The notes under the pieces: model-generated
Seen by the model: only the letters and a program-made list of their open reading frames with translations
Told to the model about the DNA's origin: nothing
Databases searched by the model: none
Shown: piece by piece, positions 10,700-19,991 of the stretch
Layout: each line of letters starts with the position of its first letter
Position numbering within the stretch: the stretch's first letter is position 1
Position numbers and translations under genes: made by a program
Source: an uncultured Planctomycetia bacterium
GTDB lineage: Bacteria > Omnitrophota > Gorgyraeia > Duberdicusellales > 4484-171
Direction: 5' to 3'
NCBI GenBank assembly: GCA_964489445.1
Contig: CAZAYU010000002.1
Span: 141,020-205,019 of the forward strand
DNA: 64,000 nt

Positions 10700-10963
10700 A
10701 TGATACATAAAATAGCTTTGATAGCCGCAATAATTTTACCATTTTGGAACGTTCCTCTTATCGTTCGCATAGTCAAAAGAGGAACGTCACGAGATATTAG
10801 TATTTATTGGGCAGTAGGTGTTTGGTCTTGTCTTTTGCTGATGGCTCCTTCTGGATTTATGTCTAATGAATTGCCTTGGCGGGTATTCAACATTGTGAAT
10901 TTCATCTTGTTTACTTTTGTACTTATTTTTGTGTTGATATACCGAAAAAAAAGGAGTAGATGA
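10700..10963 (+). CDS. SemiSWEET-like (PQ-loop/MtN3) 3-TM sugar transporter, 87 aa
   Basis: It has three predicted TM helices. WNVPLIVRIVKRGTSRDIS resembles the PQ-loop motif (PQ.xK.xKTKS..G.S). The size matches SemiSWEETs. Confidence 0.4.
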   Translation: MIHKIALIAAIILPFWNVPLIVRIVKRGTSRDISIYWAVGVWSCLLLMAPSGFMSNELPWRVFNIVNFILFTFVLIFVLIYRKKRSR

Positions 10964-11093
10964 TATTCGAGGACTTTGGATTAAAGAAATATACCAGAAC
11001 AGGGCAGATTTCTTAGATTAAGAAACATGTATCTATAGTTAAATATTGTTATCAGTAGGATTTTAATTTTAGAATTAAGTATGGGGTGATGAA

Positions 11094-11501
11094 ATGATGT
11101 ATATAAAGATAATTCGTTTTGTTTCTATAGCTATTGGAGTATTTCTTTTTTCTCTTACAGACATTAAAACTGAATGTTATGCAGCTGTTGATAATGCTAT
11201 AATTTCAGGGAAAGAAACAGGAAAGTCAAAGTCAGAAATAAAAATTCCCCTGGGAATGGAAAATATTAGAATAGGAAACGTTAACCATATTGTTCCCATA
11301 GGTACAAAAGTAGAAAGAAAGGGAGACATTCTAATTTTCGAAAGTCGTGGCGAATTAATGGCTCGAAAGTTTTTGGATTTTGAAGTTCGCTTTAAGAATA
11401 TTGAGGAAGAGATAAAAAAACTAAGTGAGAGTATAATCTCAATACAAGAAAAAGATCCTACAAGGCAAGAGGAAAATACAGAGGAAATACAAGTTGAGTA
11501 G
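11094..11501 (+). CDS. Hypothetical secreted protein (signal peptide)
   Basis: The ORF has an N-terminal hydrophobic leader and a Glu-rich C-terminus. Confidence 0.35.
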   Translation: MMYIKIIRFVSIAIGVFLFSLTDIKTECYAAVDNAIISGKETGKSKSEIKIPLGMENIRIGNVNHIVPIGTKVERKGDILIFESRGELMARKFLDFEVRFKNIEEEIKKLSESIISIQEKDPTRQEENTEEIQVE

Positions 11502-11507
11502 TTAATA

Positions 11508-12179
11508 GTGAAAAAGGTAGTAATTTTTCCATTAGCTTTTTTGTTTTTGGTAGGGATACTTTTTGGTGGCTATAGTTTATTAAAATTGTTTTCTGAGAAA
11601 AACATTCTGGAGCAAGTAATATCTAGATTTTCTTCTGACTCGCGCATAGCCGAAGTAATCGTTACAGACGTTAAAGGAGAAAATAGCTTTAATGAAACTT
11701 TTACAACGATAAAATTTGTTGAATATGATGCTGGGCAGAATGCTCTTCCTCCCAAATATTTTACTTTCCCTGGCAATATCATCCAATTTCAATCATTAGT
11801 TATTCGTTTTGACGATTTTTATGTTAGGACTAAAGATCGGCTAAAAGGGAAAAGTCTCTATTTTCTTTGGAAGGTATTTATGCTTAAAGGATCTGACACG
11901 GTAGAATATGAAATAATTAAAGTAAATGAAGTGCCTGCAGGATATAAGATAAAAAATACTAATAATTATTTTGAAAGAAAACTTTGGGAACGATTTTGGG
12001 AATATGCGTTGAACTCTAGTGGACAACGTAAGAACGGAGTTAAAAGTGCTCAAATAGAAGCTCCCGGAACAAGATTTATTCCTGGAATTTTGTATACTTT
12101 AAGGATAGAACACGATGGAGGAATTAGGATTGATACAGAAAATATCCCACTTATTTTAAAAGGGGAGAGGGTACTATAA
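11508..12179 (+). CDS. Hypothetical N-terminally membrane-anchored protein
   Basis: It is a 223-aa ORF whose first 25 aa form a TM anchor; no recognised motif was found. Confidence 0.4.
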   Translation: MKKVVIFPLAFLFLVGILFGGYSLLKLFSEKNILEQVISRFSSDSRIAEVIVTDVKGENSFNETFTTIKFVEYDAGQNALPPKYFTFPGNIIQFQSLVIRFDDFYVRTKDRLKGKSLYFLWKVFMLKGSDTVEYEIIKVNEVPAGYKIKNTNNYFERKLWERFWEYALNSSGQRKNGVKSAQIEAPGTRFIPGILYTLRIEHDGGIRIDTENIPLILKGERVL

Positions 12180-12230
12180 CTTAAAGGTAAAAAGTAGTTA
12201 GGGCTCAATTTTAACTAAAAGGAGGAGGGT

Positions 12231-12428
12231 ATGAAATTTACCAAGCTTGAAAAAATTATGCTTTTAGGTTGTCCTTGGTTCTTTGGCACCGTGTTAATTA
12301 TTACGCAAATACTAGGTGCAAAAACTTGCACGAATAGGCTTTATTCTCTTGTGTCCGTTGCGGCTGGGTTAATTCTCATTTCTATTTATTGTGTTTGTGC
12401 TTTATTGGCTAAGATTATTGAAAAATAG
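12231..12428 (+). CDS. Small hypothetical 2-TM protein
   Basis: A GGAGGAGGG RBS lies upstream; the product is hydrophobic. Confidence 0.3.
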   Translation: MKFTKLEKIMLLGCPWFFGTVLIITQILGAKTCTNRLYSLVSVAAGLILISIYCVCALLAKIIEK

Positions 12429-12497
12429 TTTGTTACTGAATCAAAAGAGTAGTAGCTAGAAATATTTAAAAATGTAAAATAGCAAAAGGAAAAAAAT

Positions 12498-12722
12498 ATG
12501 AAAGTAAAAACATTTTTCCAAGTTATAATGTTAATAATTTTTTCTGGTTTGTTGGTTTGGTTATTGTTTCCGCGTTGGAATTTTTATGAATCTCCTTCAT
12601 ACAAAGCTAATAAGTTCTCTGGAAAGATATATCAATACAAGAATGAAGAGTGGAAATTAATGGGGCAAAAGCAATCTTTATGGGGAAGATTTATTGAAGA
12701 AATAACCGGGGATCCGGATTGA
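12498..12722 (+). CDS. Small hypothetical membrane protein
   Basis: It has an AAAGGAAA RBS and one TM helix. Confidence 0.25.
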   Translation: MKVKTFFQVIMLIIFSGLLVWLLFPRWNFYESPSYKANKFSGKIYQYKNEEWKLMGQKQSLWGRFIEEITGDPD

Positions 12723-12782
12723 ATTTAACGAATTTCGCAATAGATTACAGAAATAGTTGCGGTGAAAGAATAGAAGCATAAA

Positions 12783-13157
12783 ATGAGTGACGTATTTAAA
12801 AACCTGTTTAGCGCAGTTGAAAAAGATAAAGTCCAACCTAAGCATAAAATTGCTAAATCGCAAACGCAGCTTAAGAGAAAACGGAGCACGTATGCTATAA
12901 TATGTATGATAAAAATTGCATGGATGTATTTAATTGTATTGATATTCTCAATAGTTAGTTATCTTTTTTATGGGATGCTAATAACTGAAGATATGCATCC
13001 TACTTTAGCTTTTGCTGGTGCCATGGTAGGTTTAATGTTTGGGGGTATATTAGCGTTGATAGTTTATTTTAAACTTTTTCCCACAAAAGAATTTCGTAAA
13101 AGCGTAGAAGCTTTTAAGAGTAACGAGGGGGAGCAAAGAAATAAGGATTTTTCTTGA
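12783..13157 (+). CDS. Hypothetical 2-TM membrane protein
   Basis: It is a 124-aa ORF with a basic N-terminus and two hydrophobic helices. Confidence 0.35.
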   Translation: MSDVFKNLFSAVEKDKVQPKHKIAKSQTQLKRKRSTYAIICMIKIAWMYLIVLIFSIVSYLFYGMLITEDMHPTLAFAGAMVGLMFGGILALIVYFKLFPTKEFRKSVEAFKSNEGEQRNKDFS

Positions 13158-13292
13158 TTGCGAAAAGTTGAAGGGAAAAATATTTAATAAAGCAGTAAAT
13201 TTTGTGATATTTCTAAGTACACTGATCTGGAAAAATTTCTTGTTTAAAATAGTCTCTATGTTATAATTTTGTAGTTATATTGATGTTTTAAT

Positions 13293-13365
13293 GCCGAGGT
13301 AGCTCAGACGGTAGAGCGAGGGACTGAAAATCCCTGCGTCAGCGGTTCGATTCCGTTCCTCGGCA
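13293..13365 (+). tRNA. tRNA-Phe (anticodon GAA)
   Basis: It folds by hand into a cloverleaf: acceptor GCCGAGG/CCTCGGC, D-stem GCTC/GAGC, anticodon stem AGGGA/TCCCT with loop CTGAAAA, T-loop TTCGATT. CCA is not encoded. Confidence 0.9.
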
Positions 13366-13480
13366 TTTTTTTATTTTGTCTACACAGCAAAGTTTTTTCT
13401 GTAAGCGAAAAGTGTGTTTTTTAGTTTAAACAATACGGGAACAGCTAATGTAGAAATTCGCCTTACGGCGAAAGCTGTTA

Positions 13481-13505
13481 CCGTTCCTCGGCATTTTTTT
13501 ATTTT
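13481..13505 (+). repeat. Exact 25-nt direct repeat of the tRNA-Phe 3' end plus its T-run (CCGTTCCTCGGCATTTTTTTATTTT); first copy at 13353-13377
   Basis: The two copies are identical and 128 bp apart start to start. A nested hairpin (TTCGCC-TTAC-GGCGAA) lies just upstream of the second copy. Confidence 0.8.
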
Positions 13506-13658
13506 TATATATACTAGATATTCTTACTAGTACATCTTACTTTCAAATACATCTTACCAAATTTCATTGTTTTGTTATACTAATAAGTATGTAAGGCAGT
13601 TTACTAGCTGGATTCTATTGATTCTTGTGAATTGTTAATTTTTAAAACAGGAGGAATA

Positions 13659-14186
13659 ATGAAGAAAACAATAACTATCGGGTTTTTGTTATTTCTAAAT
13701 TTTATTTGCATGCAGCGATTATGTCTTGCCGAAAAAGAATTGATATTAAGAGAAGGCAAACAAGTAAGAGATGATGTTGTAGCAGTAGAAGTATATGTGG
13801 TAGAAAACATTTTAGAGGTTCGTGTAGAGGTGAGGATGTATTCGCAGAGGCCAAAGATTACAAATGTAATGTTGGTAGGACCACGAATAGGTAGATTAAG
13901 CTCTGATTTAAAAGAAGAAATCCCTCTGGCGCTTAAAGAAGATGATCCTTATTTAGTTCGTAGCGAAGGTGGAGTAGTTTCAAGCGGAGAGAAGAGAAAA
14001 AAGAAAAAGCTAAAAGGAACCGTAGCGAAAGAATTATTCAAAATCAAAGTTCCTTGGGAAAAAATTGTGCCAGATAAGCGCTATCAGTTATGGGTAGATG
14101 TAGAAAGTAAAACTCGCGGGGGAGGAAGACCACAAAAATACCGGTTTAATCTAGAAAATTTTTCTCAACATGCTCTAAAGCGTTAA
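13659..14186 (+). CDS. Hypothetical secreted protein with Lys-rich patch
   Basis: The start MKKTITIGFLLFLNFICMQRLCLA lies after a CAGGAGG RBS; a signal peptide is predicted. Confidence 0.45.
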   Translation: MKKTITIGFLLFLNFICMQRLCLAEKELILREGKQVRDDVVAVEVYVVENILEVRVEVRMYSQRPKITNVMLVGPRIGRLSSDLKEEIPLALKEDDPYLVRSEGGVVSSGEKRKKKKLKGTVAKELFKIKVPWEKIVPDKRYQLWVDVESKTRGGGRPQKYRFNLENFSQHALKR

Positions 14187-14212
14187 TATTAATTAGATGT
14201 GGTAGTACATTA

Positions 14213-15271
14213 TCAGTCAACAGAAATAACAGAGTTAATTCCGCCAAACGGGTCCTTTTCTTCAAATGGGTTTTGTGGGTCTTTAAACCATTGATTGTCA
14301 GCCACAAATTTATAACGATAATTTCCTTCGGTTAGCGGAACATTGATTGACCATGTTTCTGTGTCTAATTTTTTCAATTTAAAATTATTAGTTTTTTGCC
14401 AATTATTGAACTCACCGACAACGAACACTTCGTTAAATCCATTTCCTTTAAGAGAGAAATTTATGCCTTTAGTGTGTTTATTAAGTGTCTTTTTAGAAGC
14501 AGGGTTTGTGATTTTTTCTATTTCATCGGCTAAGTGCATATAGTCTACCGAGCCACGAGAGTTATTCCGGTATTCATAGATGGTTTTTCTTTTAAATGCA
14601 GCTTCTCGTAGGGTAATATTGGTGCGGATAGTAGTAGAAAGTAAATTTTTACCCAATATTTCTTGTGCTCGCCTGAGAAACTCTTGAGAAAAACGATAAC
14701 GTTTATCAAGCTGGGTTATCAGATAGTATAATTCAGGAACATTCTTTTTATTTTGCAAAAGTAGGGAAAAAATACTTTTTAAGTTTTCCACACCTTTTAA
14801 TGATAGTTCGCATATTCCCATTGGAGCAATAGCGTAGTCGCTTGCATTGATCGCGTTTAATGTTAATAGGCCTAAATTAGGGGGGCAGTCAATAATGCAG
14901 AAATCAAAGTTTGAAGATATTGAGCTTATTATTGTTTTTAAGATTTCTAAATTTCCTTTTTTTGCTGTCAAATTATTTTCTATAGCACTTAAACCAATGC
15001 TTGAGCCGAGCACTGAAAGGTTATTTCTTTTGTTGTCCAGCGATTTTAAGATATTTTCCGGGTTTAAAGGTTTACCTTCAGAAGCATTCTCTAGTAAATC
15101 TGTAATGGTAATTAACGAGTTAGCCCCTAAAGAAAATGTTGCGTGGGCTTGCGGGTCTAAATCAATTAATAATGTTTTTTTCTTGTTTATTGCCAGAGCG
15201 GAGGCTAGATTAACTGTAGAAGTGGTTTTTCCGCATCCGCCTTTTTGGTTTATAAAAGATAACACTTTCAT
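14213..15271 (-). CDS. ParA/Soj-family partition ATPase fused to a C-terminal AMPK-beta-type glycogen-binding module (CBM48)
   Basis: It has the deviant Walker A KGGCGKTT, LIDLDPQAHAT and IIDCPPNLG (ParA hallmarks). The last ~95 aa (VVGEFNNWQK...YRYKFVADNQWFKDPQNP...GGINSVISVD) match the AMPK-beta/CBM48 GBD consensus. Its start codon overlaps the stop of the upstream gene as ATGA. Confidence 0.8.
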   Translation of the reverse strand: MKVLSFINQKGGCGKTTSTVNLASALAINKKKTLLIDLDPQAHATFSLGANSLITITDLLENASEGKPLNPENILKSLDNKRNNLSVLGSSIGLSAIENNLTAKKGNLEILKTIISSISSNFDFCIIDCPPNLGLLTLNAINASDYAIAPMGICELSLKGVENLKSIFSLLLQNKKNVPELYYLITQLDKRYRFSQEFLRRAQEILGKNLLSTTIRTNITLREAAFKRKTIYEYRNNSRGSVDYMHLADEIEKITNPASKKTLNKHTKGINFSLKGNGFNEVFVVGEFNNWQKTNNFKLKKLDTETWSINVPLTEGNYRYKFVADNQWFKDPQNPFEEKDPFGGINSVISVD

Positions 15272-15936
15272 TTTAAGGGTACCTCCTTTTTCTCTAAGAT
15301 AATATCGTTTATAATGATTGGCTCAGATCCTTTTTTGTTTTCAGAAAAGATAAGTCTTATTTGATTTATAGTGTTAATTTTTAGTCGAGGGAACGTGATT
15401 TTATTATAGTGCACAGGAACTTTTATATAGTTGGTTTTATTTACAGCAGGGGCAACAGATATCTTTAAAGGGTCTCTTGCGTTGGATCGATAGTTTTGAT
15501 CGCGGGCGACTACTTCTAAGCTGATAGTGTTTAACGGATTTTTCAAAATAAGGACAATCCGAGATGTATCTAAATTAATCGGTGTTTTAAAGTTAATGTT
15601 GACTCCGCTCTTTGTGTTTTCTGGTATGTCTAGAAAAATTACGTTTTTTGTGATTCGAGAGTTATCCCACGGGTCATTTAAAGTAATGGAAGAATTACCG
15701 GCATCTTTTAATAACGAAGTTTTACTGACATTTAAATTTTGCTTTGGCAGAATAGCAATTTGAAAATTAGCCAAGACAAATAATACTATTGCTACAAAAA
15801 CAAATAATAATAAAAATAACAGATTGAATTTCTTTTTTGTTTTTTTTGGAATTTCGCTGTCAATAGTTTGAGAGAAAAAAGAATTCTTTAGACGGACGGT
15901 ATCTTGTGTTTGAAAGGTATTATTTTTTGCAAACAT
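15268..15936 (-). CDS. Hypothetical single-pass membrane protein; first gene of the ParA-CBM48 operon
   Basis: It has a basic 40-aa cytoplasmic N-terminus, one TM helix (LLFLLLFVFVAIVLFVLANF), and a ~165-aa extracytoplasmic beta-rich domain. It is translationally coupled to the downstream ParA-like gene. Confidence 0.5.
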   Translation of the reverse strand: MFAKNNTFQTQDTVRLKNSFFSQTIDSEIPKKTKKKFNLLFLLLFVFVAIVLFVLANFQIAILPKQNLNVSKTSLLKDAGNSSITLNDPWDNSRITKNVIFLDIPENTKSGVNINFKTPINLDTSRIVLILKNPLNTISLEVVARDQNYRSNARDPLKISVAPAVNKTNYIKVPVHYNKITFPRLKINTINQIRLIFSENKKGSEPIIINDIILEKKEVPLK

Positions 15937-16035
15937 TCCACTTTATTTTTATAAATTAGTATAGCATAGCAGTATAAAAAAGCAATTGAATAATTACTTA
16001 GGAAATGATACTATATAGCATCATTGATAGCTAAC

Positions 16036-17589
16036 ATGTATTATATGGCAGAAAATAGTAGTAACCAATATATCTGTATTCATGGTCATTTTTATCAACC
16101 TCCACGAGAAAATCCTTGGGTAGGAGAAGTGGTGCGCCAAGATTCTGCATATCCTTTCCATGATTGGAATCAAAAAATAAACAAGGAATGTTACGCTGCT
16201 AACTCCAATACATCTCTTGTCAGTTCCGGGGGAAAAGTTACTAAGCATATTAATAATTATGCCCGGATTAGTTTTGATTTTGGGCCTACGCTTCTTTCTT
16301 GGTTGCAGATAAAACAGCCAGATACTTATCGTTTAATTATTCAAGCTGATCAAAGAAGTCAAAAAAACTTTAATGGGCACGGTTCAGCTATTGCTCAGTG
16401 CTATAACCATATGATTATGCCACTTGCTAACATTAAAGATAAACGTACTCAAGTTATCTGGGGGATAGCTGATTTTAAATATCGTTTTCAAAGGATGCCC
16501 GAAGGCATGTGGCTTCCGGAAACAGCAGTGGATATAGAAACATTAAGTGTATTGGCGGAGGAGGGAATAAAGTTTACGATTCTTGCACCGCACCAAGCAA
16601 AAGCTGTACGTGTAATTGGAAATAGTAGATGGAAAGATATTACGAAAAAGGGAATAAATTGTCGAGTTCCCTATCTTTGTCGTTTGCCCTCTGGCAAATC
16701 TTTGGCAATCTTTTTTTATAATGGGGCATTGTCTAGAGATGTTGCATTTGGGGATTTGTTAGATGATGGTGAACATTTTATGCAGGGTTTGCTTTCATTA
16801 TTTGTGAAAAGCCAGTCAACTAAACAGCTTGTTAGCATTGCAGTTGACGGCGAAACATTTGGGCACCATCATCGTTTTGGGAATATGGCCTTAGCTTATT
16901 GTTTAGATGATTTAGTAAAAAATAAACAAGCACTTCTTACAGTTTACGGAGAATATCTTGAAAAATTTCCACCAGTTGAAGAGGTTAAAATTATTGAGAA
17001 TTCTTCATGGAGCTGTTCGCACGGAATTAAACGGTGGCAATCAGATTGTGGTTGTAATTCTGGCACTTATCCGGGATGGAAACAAATGTGGCGTGTTGGT
17101 TTGAGAAAATCTATGGATTGGCTAAGAGATGAGTTAGCTGATATTTATGATGCTAATATGCCTAAAAGTGTTAAGGATCCCTGGAAAATGAGAAATGACT
17201 ATATTTTGATATTGTTAAACAAGTCTGATAATAGTCTAAATAAGTTTTTTAAAGATCATTTAAGACTAGATGTTCCAAAAATGGAAAAGGAAAGAATTCT
17301 AAAACTTTTAGAAATGCAACATAATACGATGTTGATGTATACTAGTTGTGGTTGGTTTTTTGATGATATCTCGGGGATTGAAGCAATCCAAGTTATTCAA
17401 TTTGCGATTAGGGCAATTCAACTAGCAGAAAAAATAAGTAGCCAACAAGTATTAAAACCATACCTGCAGTTGCTTAAGAAAGCTCCTAGCAATTCACCAG
17501 AGATAAAAAACGGACTTAATGTTTATGAGCAATTTGTCAAATTAGAAATGTTTAACTGTGCGAAAGCTAATGAATTATTTAATCTTTAA
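16036..17589 (+). CDS. Glycoside hydrolase family 57 protein (DUF3536-type group; amylase/glucanotransferase-like)
   Basis: It has the HGHFYQPPRENPW N-terminal GH57 motif and later WLPETAV and DGETFGHHH. The first in-frame ATG is at 16036; the ORF track used a TTG at 16024. Confidence 0.7.
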   Translation: MYYMAENSSNQYICIHGHFYQPPRENPWVGEVVRQDSAYPFHDWNQKINKECYAANSNTSLVSSGGKVTKHINNYARISFDFGPTLLSWLQIKQPDTYRLIIQADQRSQKNFNGHGSAIAQCYNHMIMPLANIKDKRTQVIWGIADFKYRFQRMPEGMWLPETAVDIETLSVLAEEGIKFTILAPHQAKAVRVIGNSRWKDITKKGINCRVPYLCRLPSGKSLAIFFYNGALSRDVAFGDLLDDGEHFMQGLLSLFVKSQSTKQLVSIAVDGETFGHHHRFGNMALAYCLDDLVKNKQALLTVYGEYLEKFPPVEEVKIIENSSWSCSHGIKRWQSDCGCNSGTYPGWKQMWRVGLRKSMDWLRDELADIYDANMPKSVKDPWKMRNDYILILLNKSDNSLNKFFKDHLRLDVPKMEKERILKLLEMQHNTMLMYTSCGWFFDDISGIEAIQVIQFAIRAIQLAEKISSQQVLKPYLQLLKKAPSNSPEIKNGLNVYEQFVKLEMFNCAKANELFNL

Positions 17590-17604
17590 AGAAGGAATAG
17601 CCTA

Positions 17605-19224
17605 ATGCAGTTTTCAGAAGGTAATTCTAGAGATTTTCACAAATCGTTTTCTAAAAATAGAAATTCTGTTTCTGGTTTAATTTCTGAACGAAAGATCAAA
17701 AAAATATCTAAAGGAATAAAAAAAAGAGCAAGCGGTGTGATTCTGCATATCACTTCTCTTCCTTCCGGATACGGTATTGGTGATTTTGGTCCTAAGGCTT
17801 TTCGTTTTGTTGATTTTTTGCGTGATTGCGGGCAAACGTATTGGCAGGTTTTGCCGTTGAATCCTACAGAGCAAATTTTTGGTAACTCTCCTTACAGTAG
17901 TGTTTCTGCCTATGCGGGCAATTTAAATTTAATTAGCCCGGAAATTCTTATTAATGATGGGTTTTTAAAAAAAGAGGAGTCTAGGCCCAAAGATAATTTT
18001 CCGGTAAGCTATTGCGATTATGCAAAGGTAATTCCGTTTAAGCATGAGTTATTAGAAAAAGCATACTTTAATTTTAAAAAAAATGGAAAACAAAAAAAAC
18101 AATTTCAGCAATTTTGCCTTGCCAACCATAAATGGCTCAGTGATTATGCATTATTTGTGCTGTTAAAAAAACGGTTCACAGGACAATCTTGGCATCTATG
18201 GCCGGCAAAATATAGAGATAGAAATGTGTCAGCTCTTAATAAATTGAAGAAAGATTGCGCTGAAGAGTTAGAGCGAAGTAAGTTTTTCCAATATTTATTT
18301 TTTAGTCAATGGTTTTCTTTAAAAAAATACTGTAATAAAAATAAAGTAAAATTTATTGGAGATATTCCGATTTATGTTAGTGGAGATAGTGTAGATGTCT
18401 GGGCTAATCCGGAGATTTTTAAACTGGATAAACAAAAAAAACCGCTTTTAGTTGCTGGTGTTCCTCCTGATTATTTTAGTAAGACCGGACAAAGATGGGG
18501 AAATCCAGTGTATTCTTGGCAAAAATTGAAAAAGCAGGGGTTTAAGTGGTGGCTTGATCGGTTAAGGCATAATTTTAAGTTGTTTGATGTATTGAGAATA
18601 GATCATTTTCGTGGATTTGTTGCTTTTTGGGGGATACCTGCCTCTGAAGAAACGGCAATAAATGGTAAATGGTTTAAGGCTCCAGCAGAAGAGTTTTTTT
18701 CTGCAGTAGTCAATGAATTTCCCGGACAAACAATTATTGCTGAAGATTTAGGGCATATTACTGATGACGTCAAACAGATCATAAAAGAGTTTGAATTTCC
18801 GGGGATGAAGATACTAATCTTTGCTTTTGGAGAGAATCTCAGTACTCATCCGTATCTACCACATAATTATATCAATAACTGCATAGCATATACTGGAACA
18901 CACGACAACAACACTGTTAGAGGATGGTTCGAGAATGAAGCAGGTGAATTAGAAAAAGAAAATATTATCAAATATATTGGTAAGAGAATAGCTGCTAGAC
19001 GAATTAATTGGGAGCTTATAATATTGGCAATGAATTCCCGCGCGAATACGGCAATTTTTCCTTTGCAGGATATTTTAGGTTTAGGGCAAAAAGCACGGAT
19101 GAATTTTCCTTCAAAGCCGCAAGGTAATTGGTCTTGGCGGGTTTTAAACAGTCAATTGTCTTCAACAGTATGCAAAGAGCTGCTAAAATATACACAAGAA
19201 GGAAAAAGATTCTCAAATAAATAA
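17605..19224 (+). CDS. malQ: 4-alpha-glucanotransferase (amylomaltase, GH77)
   Basis: RASGVILHITSLPSGYGIGDFG, the GDIPIYV...DVWA region, and a WGNPVYSW-type motif were seen. Confidence 0.85.
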   Translation: MQFSEGNSRDFHKSFSKNRNSVSGLISERKIKKISKGIKKRASGVILHITSLPSGYGIGDFGPKAFRFVDFLRDCGQTYWQVLPLNPTEQIFGNSPYSSVSAYAGNLNLISPEILINDGFLKKEESRPKDNFPVSYCDYAKVIPFKHELLEKAYFNFKKNGKQKKQFQQFCLANHKWLSDYALFVLLKKRFTGQSWHLWPAKYRDRNVSALNKLKKDCAEELERSKFFQYLFFSQWFSLKKYCNKNKVKFIGDIPIYVSGDSVDVWANPEIFKLDKQKKPLLVAGVPPDYFSKTGQRWGNPVYSWQKLKKQGFKWWLDRLRHNFKLFDVLRIDHFRGFVAFWGIPASEETAINGKWFKAPAEEFFSAVVNEFPGQTIIAEDLGHITDDVKQIIKEFEFPGMKILIFAFGENLSTHPYLPHNYINNCIAYTGTHDNNTVRGWFENEAGELEKENIIKYIGKRIAARRINWELIILAMNSRANTAIFPLQDILGLGQKARMNFPSKPQGNWSWRVLNSQLSSTVCKELLKYTQEGKRFSNK

Positions 19225-19264
19225 TAGAATTTGAGCATCAGCATTTTTTAAATTAAAGTTAAAC

Positions 19265-19981
19265 ATGCCTAACAGTAAAGAACATCATTTTCAATTTAAG
19301 GAAGTTGAATTGGACGGTGAATTGAAAAATAGTTTTCAATTTTGCCGGAAGATATTAATGGCCCATGAAGAAGAGAAAAAAAGAATATCTAGGGATTTGC
19401 ATGACGAAAGTGGACAGATTGTTATTGGCTTAAGTACGACGTTTAATGTTATTGAGAAGGAAATACGTTCTGGCAATACAGGAAAAGCGTTGCAATTGAT
19501 CGATGATACTAGGGGGTTAATAAAAACTTTATCAGTTCGAATGAAATCATTGGCATTAATTTTAAGGCCTCCGGCATTAGATGTTTTAGGGTTGTCTGCT
19601 GTATTGAGAGAATATTTTTGGCAGTGCAGTAAAAATAATGAAATCAAGATCGAATTTAACGAAAATTTAAAAGATAGGAAAATTGAACCTGGGTTAGAAA
19701 TAACTATTTACCGTATAGTTCAAGAAGCGTTAAACAATGTCTTAAAGCATTCAAAAGCATCATTAGTTATGGTTAGCCTACTTATCAAGAAAAACAAAAT
19801 TCAATTAATAATTGAAGATAACGGACAGGGTTTTGATTTTAAAAATCTTAAAAATGGTATACATACTGAAAAGTTAGGATTGAGTGGAATTAATGAAAGA
19901 GTATCGGCGTTTAATGGTAAATTTTTTATTGATTCAGTTTTAAAAAAAGGGACAACATTAATAATAAGTCTTCCGCTTTAG
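19265..19981 (+). CDS. Cytoplasmic sensor histidine kinase, HisKA_3 family, no TM or sensor domain
   Basis: The H-box reads EEEKKRISRDLHDESGQ, followed by HATPase_c motifs (NNVLKHS, EDNGQGF, GLSGINER). It is 238 aa. Confidence 0.75.
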   Translation: MPNSKEHHFQFKEVELDGELKNSFQFCRKILMAHEEEKKRISRDLHDESGQIVIGLSTTFNVIEKEIRSGNTGKALQLIDDTRGLIKTLSVRMKSLALILRPPALDVLGLSAVLREYFWQCSKNNEIKIEFNENLKDRKIEPGLEITIYRIVQEALNNVLKHSKASLVMVSLLIKKNKIQLIIEDNGQGFDFKNLKNGIHTEKLGLSGINERVSAFNGKFFIDSVLKKGTTLIISLPL

Positions 19982-19991
19982 TGAGGTATCT

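Noticed and set aside
14847-15302. 151-aa plus-strand ORF antisense to the ParA-CBM48 gene
   Set aside because: It lies entirely within the strongly supported minus-strand ParA gene, has no RBS and a hydrophobic, low-complexity translation. It is a shadow ORF.
15937-16035. Duplicated TATAGCAT motifs in the divergent promoter region between the ParA operon and the first GH57 gene
   Set aside because: They are short and the region is AT-rich, so two copies of an 8-mer are not statistically compelling. It is mentioned only as a place to look for regulator half-sites.
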